Source: an uncultured Neisseria sp.
Lineage (GTDB): Bacteria; Pseudomonadota; Gammaproteobacteria; Burkholderiales; Neisseriaceae
DNA: 64,000 nucleotides
Direction: 5' to 3'
NCBI GenBank assembly: GCA_963532335.1
Contig: CAUSKT010000002.1
Location: forward strand, 2,562-66,561
In this document: piece by piece, positions 39,780 to 50,058 of the stretch
Numbering within the stretch: the stretch's first letter is position 1
Layout: each line of letters starts with the position of its first letter
Notes under the pieces: generated by a model
Database searches by the model: none
What the model was told of the DNA's origin: nothing
Seen by the model: the letters and a program-made list of their open reading frames with translations, nothing else
Translations under genes and position numbers: made by a program

Positions 39780-39801
39780 TCGTTCATTGTTTGAACTCAA
39801 A

Positions 39802-39829
39802 AGGTCGTCTGAACATTTTCAGACGACCT
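39802..39829. terminator. Inverted DUS pair hairpin
   Basis: AGGTCGTCTGAACATTTTCAGACGACCT. Confidence 0.55.
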
Positions 39830-39852
39830 TTTTGTTTGGGATCAGTTTCGAG

Positions 39853-39865
39853 TTAATCCACTATA
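39853..39865. repeat. Solo Correia terminal-repeat remnant
   Basis: TTAATCCACTATA with no partner. Confidence 0.4.
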
Positions 39866-39911
39866 TCTGAGTTTACGATAGTCCTGTTTCTTGCCTTCCA
39901 TCAAAATCAAA

Positions 39912-39951
39912 AGGTCGTCTGAAAACTTGCCACGCTCGTTTTCAGACGACC
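39912..39951. terminator. Inverted DUS pair whose loop is a single copy of the 24-bp repeat core
   Basis: AGGTCGTCTGAAAACTTGCCACGCTCGTTTTCAGACGACC. The loop/stem top AAACTTGCCACGCTCGTTTT matches the array-unit consensus. Confidence 0.7.
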
Positions 39952-39971
39952 TTCTTCATCCAAGCCGACGG

Positions 39972-41321
39972 TTAATCAAACAATTCCCGCTGCGCCTGCT
40001 CTTTGGTCACGCGCACGTCGGTTTCGCCGTCGGCAAAAGTGATGTGCAGTTTTTGCCCTTGCTTTAAAACATCAGCGTTACGGATGACTTGTCCGCGTGT
40101 GTTTTTGACGACGGAGAAGCCGCGCTCCAGAATCTGCTGCGGCGATACGGCTTCGAGCAGGGCGGTTTGGGCAGTCAGGCTTTGGCGGCGGTGGGTGAGC
40201 AGTTGGCGGAAAGAGTGCGACAAGGTCGTCTGAAAGCGGTCGATGTCTTGCCGGTAAACGGAAATATCGGGGCGGCAATGTTTCAGGGCTTGGGTTTGGC
40301 GTTCGAAACGGGCGGAGTGGGCGCGGACGTTTTGCATCATCGAGTAGGACAGGGTTTGCGCCAGTTTGTGGATGTAGGTGCGCTGTTCGCCGAGTTTTTG
40401 GCGCGGGTGGCGGATTTGCCGCGCGAGCCAGTCGAGCTTTTGGCTGGCATCGAAATAGCGTTGTTCCAAAACGGTTTTCAGACGACCTTTGGCTTGGGCG
40501 AGGCGGTGCAGCGATTCTTGGCGGTTGGGGCTGACCAGTTCCGCCGCGCCGGTCGGCGTGGGCGCACGCACATCGGCGACGAAATCGGCAAGCGTGAAAT
40601 CGGTTTCGTGTCCTACGCCGCTGACGACCGGAATCGCGCAGGCTTCGATGGCGCGCACGACCATCTCTTCGTTAAACGCCCACAAGTCTTCAATGCTGCC
40701 GCCGCCGCGACAGACAATCAACACATCGCATTCGGCGCGTTGCGATGCGGTTTTAATTGCTTGGGCAATCTGAAACTCGCTGCCCGCGCCCTGAACGGCG
40801 GTCGGATAAACGATGACGGGAATTTCGGGCGCGCGGCGTTTTAAGGTGGTAACGACATCGCGTAAAGCCGCTGCCGCCAGACTGGTTACGATGCCGATAC
40901 ATTGCGGTCGGGCGGGCAAAGGTTTCTTGCGTTCCGCCGCAAACGCGCCTTCCGCCTGCAACTGCGCCTTCAGCCGCTCGTAGGCTTCGTAAAGCTGCCC
41001 CAAGCCTTTGAGCCGCACCTCGTTCACCGTAATCTGAAATTCGCCCCGCGCCTCGTAAATACTGATTTTCCCCGCCACTTCGATATGGTCGCCTTCTTTC
41101 AAAGGTTTCGCCAAACGCGCCGCCGCACCTTTAAACATCGCGCAACGCACCTGCGCACGGCTGTCTTTGAGCGAGAAATAATAATGTCCGCTGGCGGCAC
41201 GGGTCAGGTTGGACACTTCGCCCGCAATCCACAAGCCGGCAAGATGGTCTTCCAGCAAGGCTTTGGCGAGGGCGTTGAGTTCGGATACGGAAATGGAGGA
41301 GGGTGCGAAGAGTTCGGACAT
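39972..41321 (-). CDS. xseA: Exodeoxyribonuclease VII large subunit
   Basis: 449 aa. N-terminal OB-fold MSELFAPSSISVSELNALAKALLE..., full length. Confidence 0.92.
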   Translation of the reverse strand: MSELFAPSSISVSELNALAKALLEDHLAGLWIAGEVSNLTRAASGHYYFSLKDSRAQVRCAMFKGAAARLAKPLKEGDHIEVAGKISIYEARGEFQITVNEVRLKGLGQLYEAYERLKAQLQAEGAFAAERKKPLPARPQCIGIVTSLAAAALRDVVTTLKRRAPEIPVIVYPTAVQGAGSEFQIAQAIKTASQRAECDVLIVCRGGGSIEDLWAFNEEMVVRAIEACAIPVVSGVGHETDFTLADFVADVRAPTPTGAAELVSPNRQESLHRLAQAKGRLKTVLEQRYFDASQKLDWLARQIRHPRQKLGEQRTYIHKLAQTLSYSMMQNVRAHSARFERQTQALKHCRPDISVYRQDIDRFQTTLSHSFRQLLTHRRQSLTAQTALLEAVSPQQILERGFSVVKNTRGQVIRNADVLKQGQKLHITFADGETDVRVTKEQAQRELFD

Positions 41322-41445
41322 CGGGAGAGGGAAGAATAGAGAAAGGTTGGATTATAAGGGGTTTCAGACGAGGTTTGTATGGGAAAGGTCGTCTGAAAAC
41401 CTCAAATCCGAGTTTTCAGACGACCTCTTTTATACGCATTTCAAA

Positions 41446-42450
41446 TTAAGCCAAATTTTCCAGCATCCATTTGACGTAGCGCTCGACACCTGCTTTGACA
41501 TCCAAAAATTCTTCCTTGTATCCGGCTTCGCGCAGTTTGGTAATGTCGGCTTGGGTGAAGCTTTGGTATTTGCCTTTGAGCGCGTCGGGGAAGGGGATGT
41601 AGCGGATAAGTTCTTCTTCTATCAGTTCTTTTAAGCTCAATTCAGGTTTGCCTTCGGCGGCGCGGCAGGCGTTGACGGTGGCGGCGGCGAGTTCGTTGAA
41701 CTGTTGGCTGCGGCCGGTGCCGAGGTTGTAGATGCCGGAGAGATTGGGGTGGTCGAAGAAGTAGAGGTTGACTTTGGCGACGTCTTCGACGCTGACGAAG
41801 TCGCGGGTTTGTTCGCCGTTGCCGTAGCCGTCGTTGGCACCGAACAGGTTGACATAACCGTGTTCGCGGTATTGGTTGAAATGGTGGAAGGCGACGGATG
41901 CCATGCGGCCTTTGTGTTGTTCGTGTTGTCCGTAAACGTTGAAGTAGCGGAAGCCGACGACTTGGGCGGTCAGACCTTCTTTCATGCGGCGGCGCAATAC
42001 TTGGTCAAACAGGAATTTGGAGTAGCCGTACACATTGAGCGGTTTTTCAAGTTCGCGCTCTTCGCGGAAGATTTCGCCTTTGCCGTACACAGCGGCGCTG
42101 GAGGCGTAGAGGAAGGGGATGCGTTCGTCCTGACACCAGTCCAAAAGGTCGAGCGTGTACTGGTAGTTGTTGTCCATCATGTAGAGGCCGTCGTGGTTCA
42201 TGGTGTCGGAACACGCGCCTTGGTGGAAGACGGCTTCGATGTTTTCGTAGGGCAGAAGATGGCCGCACACTTGGCGGATGAATTCGTGTTTGTCGAGGTA
42301 GTGTGCGATTTCGCACTCGGCAAGGTTTTTGAATTTTTCGCCACGGGTCAGGTTGTCAACGGCGACGATGTCGGTAATGCCGCGTTGGTTGAGGGCTTTG
42401 ACGATGTTGCTGCCGATAAAGCCGGCCGCGCCTGTTACGATGATGGTCAT
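41446..42450 (-). CDS. hldD: ADP-L-glycero-D-manno-heptose 6-epimerase
   Basis: 474-aa ORF trimmed to [21 protein letters not shown] (Rossmann GxxGxxG). 334 aa. The upstream extension is Arg/Pro-rich nonsense overlapping hldA. Confidence 0.92.
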   Translation of the reverse strand: MTIIVTGAAGFIGSNIVKALNQRGITDIVAVDNLTRGEKFKNLAECEIAHYLDKHEFIRQVCGHLLPYENIEAVFHQGACSDTMNHDGLYMMDNNYQYTLDLLDWCQDERIPFLYASSAAVYGKGEIFREERELEKPLNVYGYSKFLFDQVLRRRMKEGLTAQVVGFRYFNVYGQHEQHKGRMASVAFHHFNQYREHGYVNLFGANDGYGNGEQTRDFVSVEDVAKVNLYFFDHPNLSGIYNLGTGRSQQFNELAAATVNACRAAEGKPELSLKELIEEELIRYIPFPDALKGKYQSFTQADITKLREAGYKEEFLDVKAGVERYVKWMLENLA

Positions 42451-42477
42451 ATTGGGTTTCCTTTGATTTTTGGTTTT

Positions 42478-42500
42478 GGCGAAACTCGTTGCACTCGTTT
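42478..42500 (+). repeat. Single 24-bp-family unit fused to a reverse DUS
   Basis: GGCGAAACTCGTTGCACTCGTTT-CAGACGACC in the hldD/hldA spacer. Confidence 0.8.
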
Positions 42501-42539
42501 CAGACGACCTTGGAAAGACGGGGTCGTCTGAAAAAGAAA

Positions 42540-43502
42540 TTACTGCTCTTCCAATGCTTTGTTCAACTCTGCAAACGAGCAAACCGCCGTACCGAGTTTG
42601 GCGACGACGACGCCGGCGGCGGTATTGGCGAGGTGCATGGCTTCGGGCATGGTGTAGCCTGCCGCCAGCCCCAAACCCACTCCGGCAATGACGGTGTCGC
42701 CTGCGCCGGATACGTCGTAAACTTCTTGGGCGCGGGTGGGCTGGTAAATGGGTTCGCCTTCGCTGAACAGGGTCATGCCCTCTTCGCTTCGGGTCAGTAA
42801 AACGGCGGTCAGGTCGAGGTGGCGGCGCAGGTTTTGCGCTTTTTCGGTCAGCTCGCTTTCGTTTTTCCAACTGCCGACCACTTCTTTCAATTCGGCGCGG
42901 TTGGGTGTAATCAGCGTGGCGCCGGCGTATTTTTCGTAATCGTCGCCTTTGGGGTCGATTAATACGGTTTTACCTGCGTGTTTTGCCCAATCTATCATAT
43001 CGGAGATGTGCGACAGGCCGCCTTTGCCATAGTCTGAAAAAATGATTGCGTCGTATTCGGGCAATATTTCACGGTATTTCTGCTTGATTTGCTCCAACAC
43101 TTCGCGGTTGGGATGCTCTTCAAAATCAAGGCGGATAAGCTGCTGGTTGCGGGCGACGACACGCAGTTTGACGGTAGTGGCGATTTGTTTGTCGCGCATC
43201 AGATAGGAGGCAACTCCGTCTTGCGCCATCAGCGCATCGAGCGCGTCGGCGGCTTCGTCGTCGCCGGTTACCGACAACAGCCCTGCTTTGCCGCCCAGCG
43301 AAGCGATGTTGCGCGCAACATTCGCTGCACCGCCCGCGCGTTGGTCGATACGTCCGATTTTGGCCACCGGCACGGGCGCTTCGGGCGAAATACGGGACAC
43401 GTCGCCAAACCAATAGCGGTCGAGCATCACATCGCCGACAACAAGGACTTTGGCTTGTGCGAAGCGGGATTTGAGGGTTTCTTGTTGGAACTTGGTGGGC
43501 AT
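42540..43502 (-). CDS. hldA: D-glycero-beta-D-manno-heptose-7-phosphate kinase (RfaE domain I)
   Basis: 320 aa of the PfkB/ribokinase family. [28 protein letters not shown]. Confidence 0.9.
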   Translation of the reverse strand: MPTKFQQETLKSRFAQAKVLVVGDVMLDRYWFGDVSRISPEAPVPVAKIGRIDQRAGGAANVARNIASLGGKAGLLSVTGDDEAADALDALMAQDGVASYLMRDKQIATTVKLRVVARNQQLIRLDFEEHPNREVLEQIKQKYREILPEYDAIIFSDYGKGGLSHISDMIDWAKHAGKTVLIDPKGDDYEKYAGATLITPNRAELKEVVGSWKNESELTEKAQNLRRHLDLTAVLLTRSEEGMTLFSEGEPIYQPTRAQEVYDVSGAGDTVIAGVGLGLAAGYTMPEAMHLANTAAGVVVAKLGTAVCSFAELNKALEEQ

Positions 43503-43556
43503 ATTGCCTCCGTTGTGTTTTTTCAGACGGCCTCAACCTGTAAGGTCGTCTGAAAA

Positions 43557-44297
43557 TCAGTTTGCTTCAAGGTTCGCCACGCGGTTCACTTCGCGCAATA
43601 CGGCTACCGGATCGGCAGCTTGGGTAACAGGGCGGCCCATCACCAGATAAGTCGAACCTGCCGCCAATGCTTCGGCGGGCGTCATGATGCGGCGTTGGTC
43701 GTCGTTGTTGCCGGTAACGTCCAAACGGATGCCGGGCGTTACCAAGACAAAATCCTGCCCTAATTCGCGGCGCAGCGGTGAGGCTTCTTGGGCGGAACAG
43801 ACCACGCCGTCCAAGCCCGAACTTTGCGCCAGTTTTGCCAAGCGGATGACTTGTTCTTCAGGGGCGATGTTCAAACCGATTTCCGCCAAATCGCTTTGTT
43901 CCATACTGGTCAACACGGTTACGCCGATTAAGAGCGGCTTCGTGCCGTATCCGGCAACGGCTTCGGCGGCGGCTTCCATCATGCGGCGGCCGCCCGATGC
44001 GTGCATATCGACCATCCACACGCCCATGTCGGCGGCAACTTTGCAGGCTTGCGCGACGGTGTGGGGAATGTCGTGGTATTTCAAATCGAGAAAGAGTTTG
44101 AAACCCTGATGAATCAGGCTTTCCGCCAAACTGCGCCCCGTAGCGGTAAACAGCTCTTTGCCGATTTTGATTTGGCACAAGGTCGGATCAAGGTTGCGGA
44201 CGAATCCGAGCGTGTCTTTTTCGTTGGCAAAATCAAGGGCAACGATGACGGGGGTGCGTTGTTGCGGAGTTTGGAAGTCGGTGATTAAAGGATTCAT
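43557..44297 (-). CDS. pyrF: Orotidine 5'-phosphate decarboxylase
   Basis: ORF trimmed to MNPLITDFQTPQQRTPVIVALDF.... DLKYHDIP motif. 246 aa. Confidence 0.9.
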   Translation of the reverse strand: MNPLITDFQTPQQRTPVIVALDFANEKDTLGFVRNLDPTLCQIKIGKELFTATGRSLAESLIHQGFKLFLDLKYHDIPHTVAQACKVAADMGVWMVDMHASGGRRMMEAAAEAVAGYGTKPLLIGVTVLTSMEQSDLAEIGLNIAPEEQVIRLAKLAQSSGLDGVVCSAQEASPLRRELGQDFVLVTPGIRLDVTGNNDDQRRIMTPAEALAAGSTYLVMGRPVTQAADPVAVLREVNRVANLEAN

Positions 44298-44364
44298 GGT
44301 GTTTTCGTTTTGGGTTTTCAGACGACCTTTATCGTCTTTTTCGCAGTACAACGTAAATTCAAAC

Positions 44365-44394
44365 CGTAGGTCGGGCATTGATGTCCGACCTACG
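44365..44394. repeat. REP-like palindrome
   Basis: CGTAGGTCGGGCAT-TG-ATGTCCGACCTACG, 14-bp arms with one mismatch. Confidence 0.7.
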
Positions 44395-44452
44395 CGGACT
44401 CAAGCCCCCGACAAACTGTTTCGGATAAATTTGAACCGGTACATCAGCCGTC

Positions 44453-44550
44453 ATTTCCGCGCAGGCAGGAATCCATTGATAAAACTCAGTTCATTAGATT
44501 TAAACAGCGATTGCCCAAATTCAGAAATGGATTCCCGCCTGCGCGGGAAT
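44453..44550. repeat. NIME-type unit: degenerate dRS3, a ~58-bp RS segment, then a perfect dRS3 (ATTCCCGCCTGCGCGGGAAT, 44531-44550)
   Basis: ATTCCC-N8-GGGAAT is the neisserial dRS3 signature. The upstream copy ATTTCCGCGCAGGCAGGAAT (44453-44472) is degenerate. Confidence 0.75.
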
Positions 44551-44598
44551 GACGCCGAATGATTATTTTTCGGTTGCAACACGCTGTTTATCAAAAAC

Positions 44599-44638
44599 AG
44601 GTCGTCTGAAAACCTGATTTCCTGTTTTCAGACGACCT
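44599..44638. terminator. Inverted DUS pair hairpin downstream of adk
   Basis: AGGTCGTCTGAAAACC...GTTTTCAGACGACCT. Confidence 0.6.
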
Positions 44639-44645
44639 TTTCGAT

Positions 44646-45308
<663 letters not shown>

Positions 45309-45375
45309 TTAAGTGATATGGATTTGAAACGTAATTCAAATGATTTTACACGGCTTGCGTTTATCGTTCAAAACT

Positions 45376-45894
45376 TCAGACGGCCTGTTCCGCGCCGAAA
45401 TGTTTCCATGCGTCATCGCGCATTTCGGCAAACCATGTGTCTTCGGGAAACCGCTCCAATGCGTCTTTCAAAGTGGAAAGCAGGTTTTGCGATAAAGTCT
45501 TCGCCAAATACTCTTCCTCGTTGGCTTCCGCCGCCTTGTCCGCCTGCTGCGCCAAACCGAGCGCGCGGGTCTGATGCCCGTGTGCCAAGTAGTTGAGCGC
45601 AATTACCTTTTGCGCCCAAAGCTGCGGAATTTCAGGGCTGTCTTGCAGCAATACCGACAAAATCGACACGGCAACTGTCAGCCTGCCCCCGTTCAAACGC
45701 AAATCCAGCGAACGGTTCGGCGGCAGCGCACTGAGCGTTTCTGCCATACGGAACCAAAACTCGCCGCTGGCTTCGTCCGGCGCGGCAGCTTTCAGCATTT
45801 CATAGTTAAACTCTTGATCGTCGTTTTGAACCAGCAGGGCAACATCGGCAAGCAGTTTTTGCTCCTCGCGGCTCAAATGGCGTAAATCGGTCAT
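45376..45894 (-). CDS. Hypothetical cytoplasmic helical protein
   Basis: 172-aa ORF with no signal peptide and no recognised family. Confidence 0.5.
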   Translation of the reverse strand: MTDLRHLSREEQKLLADVALLVQNDDQEFNYEMLKAAAPDEASGEFWFRMAETLSALPPNRSLDLRLNGGRLTVAVSILSVLLQDSPEIPQLWAQKVIALNYLAHGHQTRALGLAQQADKAAEANEEEYLAKTLSQNLLSTLKDALERFPEDTWFAEMRDDAWKHFGAEQAV

Positions 45895-45987
45895 AAAGGG
45901 CTTTCTGTCGGTGTTTGGGTAGAACGGATTATTGGGTTTGGTGTTTACTGAAAAACAGCTTTTTAAGGCTCATCATTTTCAGACGAC

Positions 45988-46653
45988 CTATCTCTCTGCT
46001 CTAGGATGGCGATAAGGCTCGTCCAAATAATAAGGTTTCTTTTTAAATCTTTCCCATCTGACTTTCGGATGGTCTTCTGACGAATCGAACACATTGCCGC
46101 CAGTCGTTCTCTTCCGCTTTCCAGTCAGATAATTGTCGCTGTACTCCTCAATTTCGCCTGAAGCTCTGTTATGTTGGGAATTGGTATGCCCAATCAGAAG
46201 AAAGCGGTCGTTTTGGTAACGGAATAGGTAGTCACTGTGACCCATCCACCAGCTTCCGCAACTGTAAAACCACTGCAAACTCACTTTCAGACGACCTTTA
46301 TCGATGGATACATCAGAAAATGGGTCATCAAGACAGCCATTGTCTTTATCGCTTTCAGGCGGAATTAGCGTTGTGTTTTCGACAGCCGTCTTGTAACCGC
46401 CTGCCTGCTTGAACAATACTTTCAACATCCTCGGATTGGTATCCAATTCAGGTAGTCCCATATCGTCGTTTGGGATGATGTTTGCCTTGTCTTGCTTTTG
46501 CAGCACCAAAACGGCATCGGCTTGATTGTCGCCGTTTAAATCCCCCTTCACGCTTTTGACGATTTTCCAGCCTTTGGGAACGTACGCGGAAAAATCGGCG
46601 GCGTAAACAGGCAGGGCGATGCAGGATAAAAATATCAATATGCTGCGTTTCAT
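45988..46653 (-). CDS. Hypothetical secreted protein with an FG-GAP/VCBS-like DxNxD motif
   Basis: ORF trimmed to MKRSILIFLSCIALPVYA (signal peptide). GDLNGDNQADAVL motif. 221 aa. Confidence 0.55.
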   Translation of the reverse strand: MKRSILIFLSCIALPVYAADFSAYVPKGWKIVKSVKGDLNGDNQADAVLVLQKQDKANIIPNDDMGLPELDTNPRMLKVLFKQAGGYKTAVENTTLIPPESDKDNGCLDDPFSDVSIDKGRLKVSLQWFYSCGSWWMGHSDYLFRYQNDRFLLIGHTNSQHNRASGEIEEYSDNYLTGKRKRTTGGNVFDSSEDHPKVRWERFKKKPYYLDEPYRHPRAER

Positions 46654-46742
46654 AGCAATTCCTGATGATGGCAAATTCAATAGCCCGTAGCGCGGGCTTG
46701 GTTCGCGAAACTTAATGCCGAAACCGACTGATTTCAGATTTT

Positions 46743-46790
46743 GGCGAAACCCGCTTTGTTCGTTTTGGCGAAACCCGCTTCGCTCGTTTT
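46743..46790 (+). repeat. Two 24-bp-family units fused to a reverse DUS
   Basis: GGCGAAACCCGCTTTGTTCGTTTT GGCGAAACCCGCTTCGCTCGTTTT-CAGACGGCC. The kdsB stop codon lies in the DUS. Confidence 0.9.
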
Positions 46791-47551
46791 CAGACGGCCT
46801 CAAAGACGGCGCGAACCCTGTCCAAATCTTCTTGCGTATCCACGCCGGCGGCAGGGGCTTCTTTGGCGGTTTCGACGGCAATCGGGTAGCCGTGCCACAG
46901 GACGCGCAGTTGCTCCAGCGATTCGATGGTTTCCAGCGGCGAGACGCTCATTTCGGCGTAGCGTTGCAGGAAACCGGCGCGGTAGGCGTAGATGCCGATA
47001 TGGCGCAGGACGGCGGTTTCGGCGGGCAATTCGCGTTTTTCGGCACGCATGGTATCGCGCGGATAGGGAATCGGGGCGCGGCTGAAGTAGATGGCGTTGC
47101 GGTTTTTGTCGAGGACGACTTTGACGACGTTGGGATTCATAAATTCGTCGAAATCGTGCAATTCGTGCGCTGCGGTCGCCATTTGTACGTTGTTTTCCAC
47201 CAAGACTTCGGCGGTGCGGTCGATGAGTTCAGGGGCAATCAGCGGCTCGTCGCCCTGTACGTTGACGACCACCAGATGTTGCGGCAGCTTCAGCGCGGCG
47301 GCGGCTTCGGCAAGGCGCGTCGTGCCGCTTTCGTGCCGGTTTGAAGTCATGACGACTTCGACACCGTGCGCCTGACAGGCCGTCTGAATATCGGGATGGT
47401 CGGTGGCAACGACAACGCGCGCGGCTTTGCTTTTTGCCGCCTGTTCGGCAACGCGCACGACCATCGGTTTGCCGTGGATGTCCGCCAAGGCTTTTCCGGG
47501 CAGGCGCGATGAATCCAGCCGCGCCGGAATCAATACGACGAATTCGGTCAT
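46790..47551 (-). CDS. kdsB: 3-deoxy-manno-octulosonate cytidylyltransferase
   Basis: 253 aa. [27 protein letters not shown]. Confidence 0.93.
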
Positions 47552-47730
47552 GCTTTGAGTTCCTCTTCGCTCAACGCTCGCGCTTCGTTTTCCAGCATAT
47601 AGGGAATGCCGTCTTTAATCGGATAAGCCAGCTTCGCCTGACGGCTCCACAATTCCTGTTTGTCCTGATGATATTCCAGCCTGCCTTTGGTAACGGGGCA
47701 GACAAGGATGTCTAAGAATTTTTTTTCCAT
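47548..47730 (-). CDS. Trm112-family protein (YcaR/UPF0434)
   Basis: 60 aa. [15 protein letters not shown]...[12 protein letters not shown]. Overlaps the kdsB start by 4 nt. Confidence 0.85.
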
Positions 47731-47788
47731 GGGTTTCTTTCGTTTGATAAATTGGAGGTCGTCTGAAATATTTTCAGACGACTATAAT

Positions 47789-48370
47789 TTATTTCTTATG
47801 CTTTTTCCCAATCTGTTTGGCTTGTTTACAGCTTGTATCAGGGTTTTTGCCGCCGCACATGATACCTTGTATCTCTTTCGCAAATTCAGGCATATGACGC
47901 TGTGCAGTTTTTTCTGTTAATGCAAATCCAAACGTCGATATTTCACTCATCGCTTGATTGAGCATAAGAGGCGTCTTGGCAACAACAGCCTGCCCGACAG
48001 GCGAACTATAAAAGGCAATCATGCTGTCAACTTCTTCTTGCGTGTATGTCGATTTGGCATGCTTTAATAAAGTATTGCGGACAGTTTGTTTCACTTCAGG
48101 CGTTATCAAATCTCTCAAAACATTTTCGCGATAACGGTCAATAGCTTTTGCTATTTGCTCTTTTTTCGCTTCCGGTACTTTGGCAAGGGCTTTATCTGCA
48201 TACGGTTTAAATCCAACATTGAAACCATCAATCATATTTTTTTCCATATCCCGGTCAAAATTCTGCGTATCCAACCAACGCTCCAGCGACGCATCGCTGG
48301 GTGTGGCGGCAAATGCGTTGGCACACAATGCCAGCGCGGCGAAGGGCAATAACAAGGTTTTCAGTTTCAT
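47789..48370 (-). CDS. Periplasmic DUF2059-domain protein (paralog 1)
   Basis: ORF trimmed to MKLKTLLLPFAALALCANAFA. YTQEEVDSMIAFYSSPVGQAVVAK motif. Confidence 0.7.
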   Translation of the reverse strand: MKLKTLLLPFAALALCANAFAATPSDASLERWLDTQNFDRDMEKNMIDGFNVGFKPYADKALAKVPEAKKEQIAKAIDRYRENVLRDLITPEVKQTVRNTLLKHAKSTYTQEEVDSMIAFYSSPVGQAVVAKTPLMLNQAMSEISTFGFALTEKTAQRHMPEFAKEIQGIMCGGKNPDTSCKQAKQIGKKHKK

Positions 48371-48390
48371 CTTTTTCTCCTGTTTAAGGT

Positions 48391-48927
48391 TTAGGGGGTA
48401 CATTCTTCAGGCAAGATTTTTTTAATTTCGTTTTCAAATTCAATTAGGTAGTGTTCGCTAATTGTTTCTATTTCTTTCATATCCGCTTCGCTTGCCCCTA
48501 TATTGGCGAGTTTTTTTATGAATGCCGAATTTTTCTCCACGATAGATTGTCCTACGGGAGTCTCGTAAAACGCAATCATGGCATCAATCTCTTGTTGAGT
48601 GAACTCGTCCTTGGCAACTTTTTTTATTTCTTTCATTAATTTGTTTCTAAGTTGCGGTGTGAAATAAGCTTTAAACACTTTGTTCATATAACGGTCTGAC
48701 GCGGCTTGTAATTGCGGCTGCAGTTCCGGTGGATATGAGGAGATGATCGGTTGCATGAGCTGTCGGTTTTGTGCTTCCGCCATGTTGGTCAAATTTTTGA
48801 GAAAGTCGCGTTCGATATGCTGGACTTCCATCCATCTATTTAAAGACTTATCGCTTGGGGGCGCGGCTGTTGCGGCGGAACAGGCGGCAATGGCAACGAA
48901 AGTGAGCAGCAGTTTTTTCAGGTTCAT
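48391..48927 (-). CDS. Periplasmic DUF2059-domain protein (paralog 2)
   Basis: 178 aa with a signal peptide. FTQQEIDAMIAFYETPVGQSIVEK motif. Confidence 0.7.
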   Translation of the reverse strand: MNLKKLLLTFVAIAACSAATAAPPSDKSLNRWMEVQHIERDFLKNLTNMAEAQNRQLMQPIISSYPPELQPQLQAASDRYMNKVFKAYFTPQLRNKLMKEIKKVAKDEFTQQEIDAMIAFYETPVGQSIVEKNSAFIKKLANIGASEADMKEIETISEHYLIEFENEIKKILPEECTP

Positions 48928-48975
48928 AAATTTCCTTATTATTCAAGACAAACAGCAACAAAGATTCAATTGATT

Positions 48976-50001
48976 TCAGACGACCTGTCGGGAATCTTTC
49001 AGCCGTTCCAACACAAACGCCGCCAAATCAGGTTCGATTATCGCACAAACAGGCAACACCCATACATGATTCAGATTGAGGTCGTCTGAAAACTTGACCG
49101 CATCTTTCTCCGTAATAATGACCGCGTCCGCATTGGGCAAATCTGCCGCTGCGATGTCGGCATGGTCGGGCAGCGCGACGGTTTGGTTCAAGGTGATGCC
49201 TATGTTCCGCAACGAATCGAAAAAACGCTCCGGCTTGGCGATACCCGCCACGGCGGCGACGGTTTGGTTTTTCAGACGACCTGTATCCAGTATTTCAGAC
49301 GGCTGGTTCAAACGGTAAATCCGTCCCGTTTCGATACGGCTGTGAAACATGTTTTCAGACGGGACAAACGAACCATCCGCCTTGCCGCCGCTGACGACGA
49401 CCGCGTCCACCGAATCCAGACGCGACAAAGGTTCGCGCAAACTGCCGTTGGGCAGCAAATCCAAATCCGTCCGCCCCGTATCCGCCGCCGGAAACACCGC
49501 TATTTCCACATCCCGCCGCAAGGCGTAATGTTGCAAACCGTCGTCCGCCACAATCAGCCCGATGTCGGGATGCGCCGCCAGCAACGCCCTGCCTGCCTCC
49601 GCACGGCTGCTGCCCACCGCCGTTGGCGCGCCGGTTTTGCGGAACAGCAGCAAAGGCTCGTCGCCCGCATCTTCCGCACGGCTAGCGGCATTCAATACAT
49701 GAACCGCCTTGCTCTTGCGCCCGTAGCCCCGGCTGATGATGCCGACCTTGATGCCTTTTTCCTGCAAACCCGACACCAGCGCGGCGACAATCGGCGTTTT
49801 CCCCGTCCCGCCCGCGTGGATATTGCCGACCACGACCACAGGCACGGGCAGCTTTTCGCTTTTCAGACGACCTGAAACGAAATCATCGCGCCGTTTCGCC
49901 GCAAGTTTGGCAAATAGTTTGGATAAGGGTTTGAGCAGGAAAGATAAAAACGGATTGGGGCGTTGCCAATGACGTTCGATGATTTGATGGAGTTTGGGCA
50001 T
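48976..50001 (-). CDS. lpxK: Tetraacyldisaccharide 4'-kinase
   Basis: 341 aa. P-loop [14 protein letters not shown]. Confidence 0.92.
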   Translation of the reverse strand: MPKLHQIIERHWQRPNPFLSFLLKPLSKLFAKLAAKRRDDFVSGRLKSEKLPVPVVVVGNIHAGGTGKTPIVAALVSGLQEKGIKVGIISRGYGRKSKAVHVLNAASRAEDAGDEPLLLFRKTGAPTAVGSSRAEAGRALLAAHPDIGLIVADDGLQHYALRRDVEIAVFPAADTGRTDLDLLPNGSLREPLSRLDSVDAVVVSGGKADGSFVPSENMFHSRIETGRIYRLNQPSEILDTGRLKNQTVAAVAGIAKPERFFDSLRNIGITLNQTVALPDHADIAAADLPNADAVIITEKDAVKFSDDLNLNHVWVLPVCAIIEPDLAAFVLERLKDSRQVV

Positions 50002-50058
50002 TCAGACGACCTTGTAGCTGCGTTTCTTTGTAGTACACCATTTTAGCGGATAAGGCGT

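Noticed and set aside
41446-42870. Over-long ORF versions with N-terminal extensions. Examples: hldD as 474 aa, hemO as 285 aa from 6894, the secreted protein from 46881, the nitroreductase from 56690, the DeoR-family gene from 15627, rapZ from 32447, bioD from 27038, pyrF from 44378 and hisE from 59168.
   Set aside because: The extensions run through DUS hairpins, repeat arrays or neighbouring genes, giving peptides such as GRLK, FQTT and FRRP. They lack homology-like sequence. Internal Met codons give canonical N-termini and expected lengths.
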